DNA of 63,677 nt, filler included, from Octopus bimaculoides (GCF_001194135.2; 7 parts of 7 records of this genome joined end to end with filler, not necessarily neighbours in it); one strand, 5' to 3'; shown: positions 13,453 to 26,758, counted from the first letter of the whole stretch. Notes: generated from the letters alone by a model not told the origin. Translations and numbers: made by a program.

Positions 13453-13580
13453 AAAATGTTTCGCGGTATTTCGTCCGTCTTTACGTTCTGAGTTCAAAAT
13501 CTGCAGAGGTCGACTTTGCCTTTCCTCTTTTCGGGACACTAGGATCGATATAATCATCTAGTCCCTGCTCCCAAAATAGT
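13453..13580 (+). mobile_element. tRNA-derived SINE family B, head-truncated
   Basis: GTATTTCGTC...CGTTCTGAGTTCAAA...GAGGTCGACTTTGCCTTTC, with a B-box-like GTTCAAA. Confidence 0.75.
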
Positions 13581-15112
13581 ATTACACACAAAGATAAAAG
13601 GCTGACAATAGCAGACATACTTGAAGAAGAACCAGTAATTTACGACATATTACAGTGATAATATTAACTAAAACATATGCAATTAAAAGACAAGCAACAA
13701 CAGTAAGGTTCATAAGGGCACATACACGTAGCCGAGCGAGGGTGGAAGTAGTTTTACAAAAATTGCTTCAAACAAGGTGATTCTCAATACAGGCACTCCA
13801 AACCGAAACGGAATTGTAGCCGTCTGTCTACTTTGCTGAAGAACTTATTCAGTAGCGGATATGGAAAAAGCTAATGTATTTCGGCTTCACGAAAGAAAAG
13901 GATTTCCCAATGTTAATAAGAGAGTTTAATGGAGGTACTAGCCGATGTACATCCGCCGGCGTTCGAAGTTTATGGTACCGTCTACCTGACAGCGAGAGGA
14001 ACACAACTTTAGGGAGAAATACTTGTTAAATATCTTTGTATCTATATAATTTTGTCTCGTTTATCCCCACATATTTTGTAAACTTCTATCCGTTTACGTT
14101 TTTCTGTTTGGGGCTATGGGCCCTGAGGGCAAATAAAGAAAAAAATCATCATCATCATCATCCTTCATTTGATCCGTTGATCCGTAAGAGAGTACATTTG
14201 ATCCGTTTCGGCTCTGAATGAAGAAACGTATAATGAAAGGTATGTCAGACATAACACTGGAATGCATTATTCAATTTATCTTGTTTTTTTAAAGACGCGT
14301 GGGTCTGCTTTGGGTTACTATTTCTGGAAGACCAAACAACCACGAGGTTGCAAAACGGGAGACGGAAGATCGTACGGTAAGAATTATTCAGTACGCTGTC
14401 ACAGAATATCAAAACTACAAAATATATTATTTGGTGGGGAAGGCATTGATTGTTAGTCTTTTCAGAAAGTTTTTTCCTTTCTCCAATCATTTTACTGCAT
14501 TTAAAAAAACCCCAAAAAACTTTGATTTATATATTCATGTATATACATTTATATATCTCATATTTATAATGTTTTGTCCTTGAATTCCTAATTGTTGATG
14601 GAATACGAGGTTTTTACTCAATGAATTAAGACGCTAATGCTTAGCAATCAATATACTCTTTAGTTAAGAAAAAAAAAGGATGAAGTTACCAACAATGTAT
14701 TGGCTCGCGATCTAATTAGCTTGCAATGAAATTACAGACATTAATTTTACCAGATATATATATAACATGCTATCTCCTCCTCCTCTAACTTTCTGCGTGT
14801 GAGTTGAGCGTATTTCTTTTTCTGTAACATAAATTAAATCTATGGTAAGTATTCCTTCTTCAGTTTATGGGAATGTCTTTTTTTTTTTTTTTTAGAATGT
14901 TTTATTTTCTTCATCTCTGCAGAAATACTATCTTCAAGGGTTTTAGCTGAATATAATGCCACACTAAGTTATCTGATACATATTTTACCGACCTCGAGAG
15001 GAAAAATAAGCAATGTCGATTTAAACGTGTTGAACACCATCGTATAGTATGTTTGTAAACATCACTAGTTATTTGACATTCTTGTATGTTATTTGCTTCC
15101 TTACCTCTCGAC

Positions 15113-15212
15113 NNNNNNNNNNNNNNNNNNNNNNNNNNNNNNNNNNNNNNNNNNNNTTAATTAATTAANNNNNNNNNNNNNNNNNNNNNNNNNNNNNNNN
15201 NNNNNNNNNNNN
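15113..15212. other. Assembly spacer: 44 N + TTAATTAATTAA + 44 N (also centred at 29028, 38844, 44948, 57399, 62349)
   Basis: The same 12-mer sits centred in fixed 100-nt gaps; it is a palindromic six-frame stop linker. Confidence 0.9.
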
Positions 15213-15796
15213 ATATACATGTAAGTATGCATGTATATACATATGTATGTATGCATGTATGTATGTATGTATGTATGTACGTATGCGTGTATGTATGTAT
15301 GTATGTATGTATGTATGTATGTATGTACGTATGCGTGTATGTATGACACGGCACAAGACAAACCTTTGCAGGGGAAAGTGTACAGCCTAGTGAACCGTTT
15401 CGACCTCTCAAGAATAGAGAGACAGAGGACGAATCAGCCTGTGAGACATTCAGTCCCGCTCTCCCTTATTTCTAACAATTCACTGCCTTCCATACAAAAC
15501 AATTTATGATAGCGTTGATTCTTCTGTCGTGTCATGCTTTGCTAACCATCTTTTCACCTGACTGACTCGCTTTTAGAAGGTTCTTAACGTTGAAATGGTG
15601 CTACACGTGGAAAGGATGTGTGCTGCTAACAGTGTGATCATTGTAGCTGTAAATAATATTCAATTGTTGGGCATACCACAGCTTTCTTTCTTTCTGTCTT
15701 TCTTTCTTTCTTTCTTTCTTTCTTTCCTTCTTTCTTTCTTTCTTTCTATTTCACATAATTATCATTATTAATATTCTTCTTATTGTTGTTAAGGAA

Positions 15797-15995
15797 GCGA
15801 GAGAATCGTAAGCACACCGGGCAAAATGCTCAGTGGCGTTTTATTTGGCTCTATATGTTCTAGGTTCAAATCCCGCCGTGGTCGACTTTGTCTTTCATCC
15901 TTTCGATAAAATTAGCACCAGTTGCACATTGGAGTCTTTGTGATCGTCTTGCCTCCTCCTCTAAAATTGCCGACCTTGTGCCAAGATTTGAAACT
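15797..15995 (+). mobile_element. SINE family B
   Basis: Family B body plus tail CCTTGTGCCAAGATTTGAAAC, followed by (GTT)n. Confidence 0.75.
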
Positions 15996-16418
15996 ATTAT
16001 TGTTGTTGTTGTTGTTGCTGTTGTTGTTGTCGTCGTTGTTGTTGTTGTTGTCATATCTGGTCTTCTTGCTTCAATAACTTAGTCAGTTTTTATGAGGAAA
16101 CCCCATCAGATCTTGTAATTCTCATTTTCTGTCACAGCCTCTGGTTTCTGTTAGTACTACATTTTTGTTGTTTTGAAGCCACGCAGTTGGTTAACATCCT
16201 GGTGCACTCTTTTGTTAATTTATTATTAAAAGGATTTGGCGCATATTTCATTTATAACAAACGAATGAATAAATAAGTAAATGGCGCCGTATGACGAATA
16301 GGGGTTTACACCAGAAGATAGAAACTTGCAGGAAAACGAAAGGGAAATTCTCTTAAACTTTATCAAACAAAGCTCTCTCTCTGGTTCAAAGTCTCGCTCA
16401 AAAGGTGATTGATACCGT

Positions 16419-16912
16419 GAGCTGGCAGAACCGTAAGCACACTGGACAAAATGCTTAGCGGCATTCCACCAGACTCTTTACGCTCTGGGTTCAAATTCCG
16501 TCGAGGTCAACTTTGCCTTTCATTCTTTTTTCTCATGAAACAAACATGGAAGTCTTGATCACGCAGAACAGGGAATTTTGAACAAGATCTCTAACCAGAG
16601 AGACTGTCCAAAGGCTTCCAAACTGCAAGTTATGATAGACAGTAGAAAACTTGGGTTCCAAGCACCAGCCATCTTTTACTCACCACAAAGCCTAAGACAA
16701 TCAAGTCCTACGGCTACCGACACCACAGCCACAATAACAGCATGAGTAGAAACTGTACCAACAGCAGCAACAACCAGTTCTTTCTCCTTCACCTCCAGCA
16801 ACTTCTTTCCCCTCGGACTTTTTGTCAAACGGTGAGGACAGACAGAATGCGGGATCATGGCAAGTCGATAAAATAAAGAACCAGTCTAGTACGAGGTTAG
16901 ATGTAATCGACT
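16419..16912 (+). mobile_element. SINE family B split by a ~335-bp insertion (about 16529-16863)
   Basis: The 5' half ends at GCCTTTCATTCTTT; the 3' half resumes at GTCGATAAAATAAAGAACCAG...GATGTAATCGACTAA. Confidence 0.65.
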
Positions 16913-17900
16913 AATATCATGCTATTTAAATTGCCTAACTTAAAAACATTATGTGTTTGGCGAGGACAGACATTATCGGAACGATTTCGTGGTAGAATAA
17001 CATTTAGCACGTTTGTAATTGATGAAAAATTCTTTTCCTACATTATTAAGGTTAAGCTTTGGAACATTTAGATGTTGTCTTATTTACCATGGGATGATAA
17101 AAAAAAAAGAGGATTGAACAGTGGACATTTTTCATATTACATTTATTTGTATAACAACGTGGATTCGAATAGCCCTTGGATACTATCCTAGGAGCAGAAG
17201 AGAAAGAGAGAAAGAGAGAGGCAGACGGACAGAGACAGGGCCAGCAGCAACAACAGGATCCAGAAATTGTAGTTAGCAGTTCCAAAACATTACTGTTTTT
17301 AGTTCTGAAGATGAATGAAGAACTTGCTTCGTTCCCCGTGCCAAGACCTGACGACCAGGAGGCTTAGACTCCGTCTCTCAGTAGTGCCACCAAGCATAAT
17401 ATCGTGACAATGAGAAGCAAACGAAAGTTGAAGAGGAATAGCAAGATATCACTGGTAGTAAAAAGAGAAAAAAGCATGAAAGAGAAAAATAAAACAAACA
17501 AAAGATGCACGAGGAGAAGCCTGGACCATGTAGCACGTTGAGAAATTTGGAAAAGTTCCAGACAGATCACTCAAAGGACTAGAAGGAAGACCATGTGAAT
17601 GATGATCTGATTGAGGAAAACCTGGAACAGAAGGTGGTCAAAGTTCTGGAGTGTTCTGATCCAGTGTTAGGAATTTACTACTGGATGCTTGACAAATTTC
17701 CCTGCTACTCATCAGAACTAGATGTCCGACATAGCAGAATAGCCATTGGTAGCTACTGAATGGTTTGCACTTAAAGGACCATGTTATTAAAAGCCGTTTA
17801 CTGCTTAACTACTGAAAGTATCACAGCATACGGACATACACCTGATCCTCATCATCATCATCATCATCATCATCAATAATAATAAAAATAGACGACAAAT

Positions 17901-18209
17901 GTTGTTGTTTGTTCCTTCTTGAGCCATACCTGGCTCATAAGGGCTGGTTTCCCGGTTTCATTGGTGTATAGGTTTCCCACCTGGACGGGATGCCAGTCCG
18001 TCGTATGTGGGCTGCTAGATGCAGGAGGAAAGATTGAGAGAAAGTTGTAGTGAAAGAGTCAGCAGAGGTTCGCCATTACCTTCTGCCGGAGCCGCGTGGA
18101 GCTTAGGTGTTTCACTCATAAACAGACACATCACCCAGTCTGAGATTCGAACCTGCAATCCCTCGACCACGAGTCTACTGCTCTAACCATGAGGCCATGT
18201 GCCTCCACA
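17901..18209 (-). mobile_element. tRNA-derived SINE family C, near full length
   Basis: Minus-strand head has A-box TGGCCTCATGGTTAGAGC and B-box GGTTCGAATC; (AAC)n tail. Confidence 0.8.
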
Positions 18210-18630
<421 letters not shown>

Positions 18631-19249
18631 TACTTAATTAATTAATTAAGATTTGAACTGCGAAACTGTTAATGAGTGTGGATAAAGATATTGGAGATTT
18701 GAGAAGCATAATGGAAATGTAATAAGATTTTGAAGGAAATTTTTCTAAATGTGAAATTTCCCTTATATTTGAAGATGACAAAGTGTTTGTGAACATGAAA
18801 ATTTATTAACCTAAATGTATTACACCTTCATGGAGCCAATATTAATCTTAAGTCAAGCCTCTTAAATCAGAAATATATTGAACTGCTTAGAATCATTGAA
18901 ACATTCTATATTGTGTGTAGCTCATTTTCATTAGCGAGATTAGATTACATTCCTACAAACCTCTCCTTATACAGATAATCCCCATTCTTCGTCTGTCTGG
19001 CAGCAGACCAATTATTCTAGAACACACTCTAAAGTCAGTTCAAACTGAGATATAGAGATAAGCGCAAATGTATTTGAAATAAGTGGCGGCATTCACTAAT
19101 GATTCGTTGTTTGTGATTTTATTGTTATGTTACGTTTCTTAATTGTATAGAATATGTGTTATATTGGTCGTATTATTGACTGGTGATTGTGCTGCATTGT
19201 ACATGTCTGTTTCGGTTGGAGATGACTGTGTATAAAAATGTCCTGAATT

Positions 19250-19830
19250 GTGATATTGAACTGAAAATGTCTTGCTTAGAAAAGTTGTTTTTTTTTTTTC
19301 GTACGGCGTGTTTTGAACAATGTGTGTAGATGAAAGCACTAAGTTTTTCTTTCTTGTTTTTATCACGTTCTTTTATCATACAGAGTGCATCGATTGCTAG
19401 TGGAACCGATTCTACTCTCGTGTGCAACATTTTACTGATTTCAATTTCGAAGTGTCTTTGATTTTTGATAGTTTTTCGACTTCGTTTGCTGCGACAAACG
19501 AATAGAGATATCTACAATACATACACTTTCATACTCATCTTAGATTATGAAATCTGGGTAAATTCCCATTGATCTTCTTACCATTCTAAACAGATGTGTT
19601 CAAGGTTATCATAGCTGGATCATTGTAATGTATCAGTGCGTGTTTATACCTGTTTTCTCAGTTTTTCGCTTCAAAGTGTTAATATACTGAATAATGGACG
19701 TAGCTGTGAATTTAGTAGCGTCTCAGGGTGCATTGTCTTTGTAAAAATTCTGCAACAAGAAATGATGCAGTCAATTGTTTCTTATGGCATAGTCTGCAGT
19801 TTTTCTTAGTTCTTTCTATATTTATATTTT
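19250..19830 (-). mobile_element. Decayed R4/Dong-like zinc knuckle plus RLE endonuclease region
   Basis: Minus strand CRLCHK/ETIDCIISCC (CCHC-type knuckle), DISIR, EIEISKMLHTRVESVPLAIDALCMI. Confidence 0.62.
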
Positions 19831-20281
19831 TGGACTTTTAATGTTTAGGCATTGATTTTGTGTAGCTAAAATAAAATGTTTCTTTTGTGTCCTCTTTTGA
19901 ACCATTGTTAACTTTTCTATTGACTCCTTCCTCTCTGACGAGTCATACAACATATTCACCTTTGAGTAGTTTTTCTTTCCGTTTTTTTTTTGTATTCTTC
20001 TTCAAAGAAGTTAGTTTCTACTTTGTAATTTATTATTTTGTCTTTCTGTTTCACGTTTTCTTAAACTATTCAGTTTATTTTTGCTACCTCTAAGTATTTA
20101 TGTAGACTTACTGATATTGTGTAATAGCTATCTATTTGATTCAACTCCTTGACCTCTGTTTGTGGGTTGCGTATATCTCATTGATATCGATAGATAACGC
20201 TATGTACTTGGAATGCTCTCAGTAGTTTTTCTACTTAGCCGCTTCAATGCACTTCCAAATTAGTATACTGAATCGATCATA

Positions 20282-21496
20282 TTGGGTTGAGGAATAATCC
20301 ATGAGCGTTTTATTCAAATTTTAAAATGCACGCAGAAATAAAACGCTTTGGCAAAATGTTGTATGTTATTTAAAAGAGAAGTTTTGATTTTTTAATTTTA
20401 TTCATTTTTGTGTATTTTCAGATTATTAAAATGAAATGTCAAATGGACAAAACTGAGCATTTTCGACATCATTTGCTTTTTGCATTTAATTGAGGCGTTA
20501 AGGCGGCCGAAGCTGCTCGTGAGATTTGTGATGTGTTTGGAGGAGGAGTAATGTCTCAAAGTATCACCTGCTGTTGGTTTTCGTGCTTCAAAAATGGGAA
20601 TTTTGACCTCAAGGACGGATCACACACCGGTCGACCAACTGAGTTCGATGAAGAGCGATTGAATCAACTTCTTCACGAAAATCCTCGTCAAACGACCAAA
20701 GAATTGGCGGAGGGAATGGATTGTGATAGAACTACCGTCACCCAATGGGCAAGGTTCAGAAACTCGGCACTTGGGTGCCACACACACTTTGAGCGAAAAC
20801 AACAAACATTAAAGCTCCACAATCGCCGCCAATGTTTTCTTTACCGCATTGTCACTGGCAATGAAAAATAGTACCTTTACGTTAATATGAAACAGCGAAA
20901 AGAATGACTGAGCCCCGACAAACAAGCGACTCCGCGAGCAAAACAAGGCCTTCATTCTCGAAAGACTATGTTGTGTGTATGGTGAGACTGGGAAGGTACA
21001 ATTCATTACGAACTTCTTGAGCGCAACCAAACATTCAGTACGGAACTCTACGTTCAACAACTGCACCGACTCAACGAAGCAATTCAGCAAAAAAGACCGG
21101 ATAGGCGAAATGGCGTTCTTTTACAACACAACAACGCCCGTCCTCACACCGTCAATATGACCAAAGTCGCGATTCAAGAACTGGAATGGGAAGTGCTGCC
21201 TCAACCTCTATACTCTCCAGACTTGGCACCGTCAGATTTTCATCTCTTTCGACTGCTTTCGAACTCTTTGCGTGGTGTATCGTGGAATCGAGGACTTGGT
21301 TGGACAAATTCTTTGAGTCAAGACCGGGAGATCTCTATCGAAAAACTTATTGAACATTGAAACATTAAAAAACATACTGAACGATAGAAGGAAGTCGTAA
21401 ACAACAACGGAGAGTATATTATTGATTAATTTATTGTAGTTTTTTTGGTTTAAAATAAATTTGAGAAAAACGCTCATGAATTATTGCTCAACTGGA
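20282..21496 (+). mobile_element. Full-length defective mariner transposon
   Basis: 30-bp TIRs TTGGGTTGAGGAATAATCCATGAGCGTTTT (20282-20311) and 21467-21496, with TA on both sides. Transposase relic MDKTEHFRHHLLFAF...AAREIC, GRP, WVPH-like, VTGNEK, HNNARPH, YSPDLAPSDFHLF. Several stops and frameshifts. Confidence 0.95.
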
Positions 21497-21548
21497 TATA
21501 TGACAGAGATCGCTAGTGTATTTGTTAGATTAGTGGAATAGATAGCCA

Positions 21549-21582
<34 letters not shown>

Positions 21583-21639
21583 GACATTCATTGAAGGCTC
21601 CAACCAACATGGCCATCAAGCATGCTGACATCGCAACAT

Positions 21640-21845
21640 GAGAGCGCTTACACAGTCACAAGATCTCCAAGAAATAGCAGCCGAGCTCCCTCAAATTATA
21701 CCTTATCGCCTTAAATAAGGAAAGAATACTTTGCAGAGCTAAGTCAATCCTACAAACCCTAAAAGGAAAGGACGGTCACCTCTGAAATACATTTGATTGT
21801 AGGTCTACTCAGCCAAAGCTGACCTGGGGTTAAACAGCAACACTA
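21640..21845 (+). mobile_element. SINE-like family D 3' part
   Basis: GAAATAGCAGCC...; ends AGCTGACCTGGGGTTAAACAGCAAC. Confidence 0.55.
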
Positions 21846-22019
21846 CCGCTTACCCTAAATTTATCCACACCAACGCATTTTCACATCACACTTTCGTAAC
21901 TGTTAATGTCATAATCAGACACTAGGGGGCTGCAGCTGCTCCTGTCTAATTGTTACAACTTCCAGTCGACTTTATTCATTCTAGTTTGCTTCAAACCATG
22001 TCCAGCATGATGGATGACA

Positions 22020-22499
22020 CTTTTATAAGTAGTAGTAGTAGCAGCAGTAGCAGCAGAAGCAGCANNNNNNNNNNGCAGCAGAAGCAGCAGTAGTAGTTGT
22101 AGTATTTATTGTTGCAGAATATGATGGATAGCTCTTTTATATGTTTCTTCAACCGTTTCATGTATTGCTGCTGTGGCTGTTGTTGCAATGTGTTCATGAG
22201 CGCGCGTTATCGTTTAGTTCCAGGCCAGCAAAGATCGAGCGGCTCTCTCTATATGTAATCAAAGGCGTTCTGTCCGTGACCATACCATCTGCTTTTTCAG
22301 ACATACCAGATCTATTATCCAACGTGTCTTGCTTCTTATTAATCATTTGCGGTAGATTTGGCTGCTTTATCTAGTAGATCGAGCGACAACTCGAGACCTT
22401 CCTCTTAGATTCGTTTGCACTTATTGTTGGTTCTGTTGCTGTTGTTGTTGTTGTTGTTGTTGTTGGTTCTGTTGTTGTTGTTGTTGTTGTTGTTGGTTC

Positions 22500-22533
<34 letters not shown>

Positions 22534-23481
22534 GCTGTTGTTGTTGTTACTATTATTACCATGCCAGCCAGAGTTGTTGTTGTTGCTGCTTTAGCTGTTG
22601 TTGTTATTGTCAGTGTTATTGTTTTATTGATGTTGCAGTTGGTGCTACTGTTATGGTTGCAACAGACCTTGTGGGGTGCATTTGGTGTCATCGTCGTCGT
22701 TGTCAGCGTTGTTTTGTTTTTGCTGCTGCTGCTGCTGCTGCTGCTGTTGTTGTTGACACTGTGATGGAGTTGTTACTGTCGTTATTGCTTTTCTCAATAT
22801 GGCTGTTTGTTTTATATGTTGCTGTTGTTGTTGTTGTTAATATTATTTGTGTTATTGTTATGCATACTACTGTTGTGATCGTTGCTGTTGTTGTTTACCT
22901 TGTCGTTTTTAATCTGCCGCCGCCGCCGCCGCCGCCGCCTCTGCTACTGTGGCTGTTATTGTTGTTAGTGTCGTTGCTGTTCTTTAATATAGTTCTCTTG
23001 CCGGTGTCGTGTTTTATTTTTGCTAACGTTGTTGTTGTTGTTGTTGTTGTTTCTGGTGTATTTGCTTCTCCCCGAGAAAGAAAATAATTTGCTGCACCCT
23101 ACCGCACCAATCTGTTTCCAACACCTGCCGCATTGTGGCGCTGTCGTCAAGGTTGCCTGCTAAACTACATTACTTCTTGATCCCCCTTTCAGCTAAGAAA
23201 TGATATTGTGTCTGTTTCTCTCTCTTCTTCTTCTTCTTTTTGGTAATGGTGGTAGCATCGGTGTTACTGTTAGTGGTGATGGTGGTGGTGTTCGTTTTCA
23301 TTATATTATTATTGTCTCTTCTTCCTTATTGTCCTTTTCTATTTTGCCCTCATTAATTTATTCATAGATTTTTGTGAATCAATTTAGTTCGCTCATTTAT
23401 CCGCACTTGATTTAGATTTATGACCTTAAGACTGCAGCTACTACTACTACTATTACTACTACCGCCACCACCACCACCACC

Positions 23482-23535
<54 letters not shown>

Positions 23536-23559
23536 GTTGCTGCTGCTGCNNNNNNNNNN

Positions 23560-23630
<71 letters not shown>
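22020..23630. repeat. Trinucleotide low-complexity field (GTT, GCT, CCG, CTA, CCA)
   Basis: Directly visible; produces the poly-V/L/T/P/A ORFs in the track. Confidence 0.95.
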
Positions 23631-23689
23631 ATAATCTTGTATTCAGTATGTGCTCCTTTTCTACAGCAACTCATTTTATAACTTAGTCA

Positions 23690-23800
23690 TGAAGATGCGT
23701 TGTCTAGTATTTAAGCTGTCTGACTCACAACTGTGAGGTTGTGGGTTCGATTGTTGCACTGGACTCTTTGGGTACTTGGGTAAGGGGCTTCATCTCCCGT
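23690..23800 (+). mobile_element. Decayed tRNA-like SINE head
   Basis: A-box-like TTGTCTAGTATTTAAGC and B-box-like GGGTTCGATT. Confidence 0.4.
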
Positions 23801-24210
23801 TACCACAGTTCACTGCGCGAAAAAGCGTTTCGCGGACTATTTGCTCTAAATCTTGCGAAGGTAAGTTGACAAGTTGATGGCTACGGCACATTTGATGAGG
23901 ATGATGATAATGATGATGATACCTTACTCAGCCACCACAACACGGCCACTTTCACTATCACATTACTGCAGCCACTGCCACAAACACTAAGATACTCGGT
24001 ACCTTATTATAATGCTATTCAATGTTATCTATGCACGCGCGTATAACTTCTACCAAATGTGTTGAGTGCTATTTTCTTGCGTTTCCTCACTTAGCCGTAT
24101 ACATATGTGCACACACACACACACACACACACATAATGTATTGTTCAGTGATGGTAAGATCAACAAGAAAAAGTAGTCCATTTAGTGAGATATAGCTATT
24201 ATTTATTTAC

Positions 24211-24367
24211 GTGCTACTACTAGTTTCGTGTGCTAAGAATATGCCAAACAATGTTCTATAAGACGCCTGACATCTCGGCCATGTGCTTGAAGATTGTACC
24301 GAGATGTCCAAACGTGTTATAGAACATTGCTTGGCATGTTCTCAGCACCTGAAACTTGTAGTAGTAC
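24211..24367. repeat. Foldback inverted repeat, 68/69-nt arms with a 20-nt loop (MITE-like hairpin)
   Basis: Hand alignment of 24211-24278 against the reverse complement of 24299-24367 gives 10 substitutions and 1 indel. Confidence 0.85.
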
Positions 24368-24391
24368 ATAATAACATGTATTGTGTCTATT

Positions 24392-24433
<42 letters not shown>

Positions 24434-25356
24434 CATACATACATACATACATACATACATACATACATACAGATACATACAAACATACGTACATATGTAT
24501 ATATTGCGCATGTGTGTGTGTGTGTACAGGCACACTCGCACACCATTCGCCGTAGAATATTGCAGAAGGTACATTTGATTTGCTGTGTCTGGGGAGAGTC
24601 GTTCTCTTTTAGTACCTTATTATTTAACACACTCACCGGTAAAATGTCTACTCATTTACTTATTTATTTCTCCAACATTTTCGTTGCGTCTCGCAACCTT
24701 TTCAATAGTCGTTGACTCTGTCCGTTATTCAACCTGCGTTCTTTTTTGTTTGTTTGTGTTCATGTGTGTGGGTCAGTGTGTGTACGCATACACAAGTATG
24801 TATGTATGTATGTATGCATGCTTGTAAGTATGTGTATACATGCATGTATGTGTGTGTGCGTATGTATATATGTATGTATGTGAATACGTTTGTATGTATG
24901 TATTCTGCATATTCATGCGTTTGTGTGTTTTTATGTGTGTGTGTTTGCATGTGTGTGTGTACCTCTGTCTCCTTGTGTGCGCATATCTGTGATGTGTGTC
25001 TCCATATGTGTCCTTGTGTGTAGTGAGGTGTGTGTGCATATGGTCATGTGTTTCAGTCTTCATTTGCGTATGTGTGTGAATATGTGTGCTTGTCTGTTCG
25101 TATTACCTATGTACCTATCCGTCTGTATGTCTATCTCTTTACTTTCATACCCATTTGCCTACATATATGTGCATATACATATACATATATACACACATAT
25201 ATCTCCGATATATTTCCTTAATTTTTCGTGTTGTCTCCCTCTACAAACATACTAAACACATGGATTAAGCATGTAGCATTTCACCATAGTTCATATCCTT
25301 TAATTCAATAACTACACCACAGCACATAGATAATAGAAACCGTACCATCAAAATAT

Positions 25357-25545
25357 ATATAGTTGGTCGACTTGCAGGAAATAGCAGTTAAATCTCGCTC
25401 GCATCACACCCTGCTCTCTTAAGAAAGGGAAGAACACCAGTGAGCACTATAGTTCGGCGTTCCTATTGAGTGCAATGTCTTTCAGTATAGCGCTGATCGA
25501 TCAGGGATGACCTGTGGCTAAAAAATAACAAAAAAAAAACAATAA
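25357..25545 (+). mobile_element. SINE-like family D
   Basis: GAAATAGCAGTTAAATCTC...CACACCCT...GATGACCTGTGGCTAAA, followed by an A-rich tail. Confidence 0.55.
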
Positions 25546-25553
25546 TCTACTAC

Positions 25554-25591
<38 letters not shown>

Positions 25592-26204
25592 GTGCTGCTG
25601 CTGCTACTGCCACTGTTGCTGATGCTGTTGCCACCCCACCTCCACCACCACCACACNNNNNNNNNNNNNNNNNNNNNNNNNNNNNNNNNNNNNNNNNNNN
25701 NNNNNNNNNNNNNNNNNNNNNNNNNNNNNNNNNNNNNNNNNNNNNNNNNNNNNNNNNNNNNNNNNNNNNNNNNNNNNNNNNNNNNNNNNNNNNNNNNNNN
25801 NNNNNNNNNNNNNNNNNNNNNNNNNNNNNNNNNNNNNNNNNNNNNNNNNNNNNNNNNNNNNNNNNNNNNNNNNNNNNNNNNNNNNNNNNNNNNNNNNNNN
25901 NNNNNNNNNNNNNNNNNNNNNNNNNNNNNNNNNNNNNNNNNNNNNNNNNNNNNNNNNNNNNNNNNNNNNNNNNNNNNNNNNNNNNNNNNNNNNNNNNNNN
26001 NNNNNNNNNNNNNNNNNNNNNNNNNNNNNNNNNNNNNNNNNNNNNNNNNNNNNNNNNNNNNNNNNNNNNNNNNNNNNNNNNNNNNNNNNNNNNNNNNNNN
26101 NNNNNNNNNNNNNNNNNNNNNNNNNNNNNNNNNNNNNNNNNNNNNNNNNNNNNNNNNNNNNNNNNNNNNNNNNNNNNNNNNNNNNNNNNNNNNTAGCTCA
26201 CACA

Positions 26205-26400
26205 TCCTTGAACCAACAAAAGAACCTATTCTACGTGGCCTAGTCGGCCTGCTAAAAATAACAGCCAAATCTCCCTCAGTTCGCACCTTTAAAATTTTGA
26301 GTGGAAAGGAAGTACTCATTGAAGACAATAGTCGATAGATAGGTCTAAAAAGGTGACATGGTCACAACTAGAATGCCTTATTACACCGACTTTTTCATGA
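26205..26400 (+). mobile_element. SINE-like family D
   Basis: CTGCTAAAAATAACAGCCAAATCTCCCTC core. Confidence 0.55.
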
Positions 26401-26703
26401 AATATTAATGTTGAGTAGCAAGAAATCTGAAATAATTGAAACTACGCTCATGGTGTGAAAGAATCACTAGAATAATGATCAATTCTGGTAAAAAAAACAA
26501 AAAACAAGGGGAAGATAACACCTAACTGTTTCCTATACCTTGTTTTAAGTTATCCTCCCTGTCAGTGTTTTTCATAAGTACACACAAACACACAACCACA
26601 CATACACCCCCCTCTCTCTCTCTGAAAATATATGTATATATGTGTGTTTGTATATATATATATAATTATGTCTATTTATTTTCTCTTAGTTAACTATTAA
26701 CTC

Positions 26704-26758
26704 TGATTTCTTTTATTTTCGACATATGTTTCGAAGATTACAATTGGCTCATTCCAAA
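26704..26758 (-). repeat. 55-nt inverted copy of the hammerhead 3' half (pairs with 26898-26952)
   Basis: 52/55 identity by hand alignment to the reverse complement of 26898-26952. Confidence 0.9.

Noticed and set aside
14299-14470. Faint Tc1-like transposase similarity (LWVTIS...)
   Set aside because: Only one weak motif, with no TIRs or DDE context.
15157-15168. Recurrent TTAATTAATTAA motif (six copies)
   Set aside because: Always centred in a 44N+12+44N gap, so it is an assembly linker and not a biological repeat or CRISPR-like unit.
17176-17660. Gln/Glu/Lys-rich coding-like stretch
   Set aside because: Interrupted by stops, with no recognisable domain; possibly a LINE ORF1 relic but unsupported.
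24256-24350. Apparent minus-strand terminal exon VLRTCQAMFYNTFGHLGTIFKHMAEMSGVL
   Set aside because: It lies entirely within the foldback hairpin, which explains the complexity without invoking coding.
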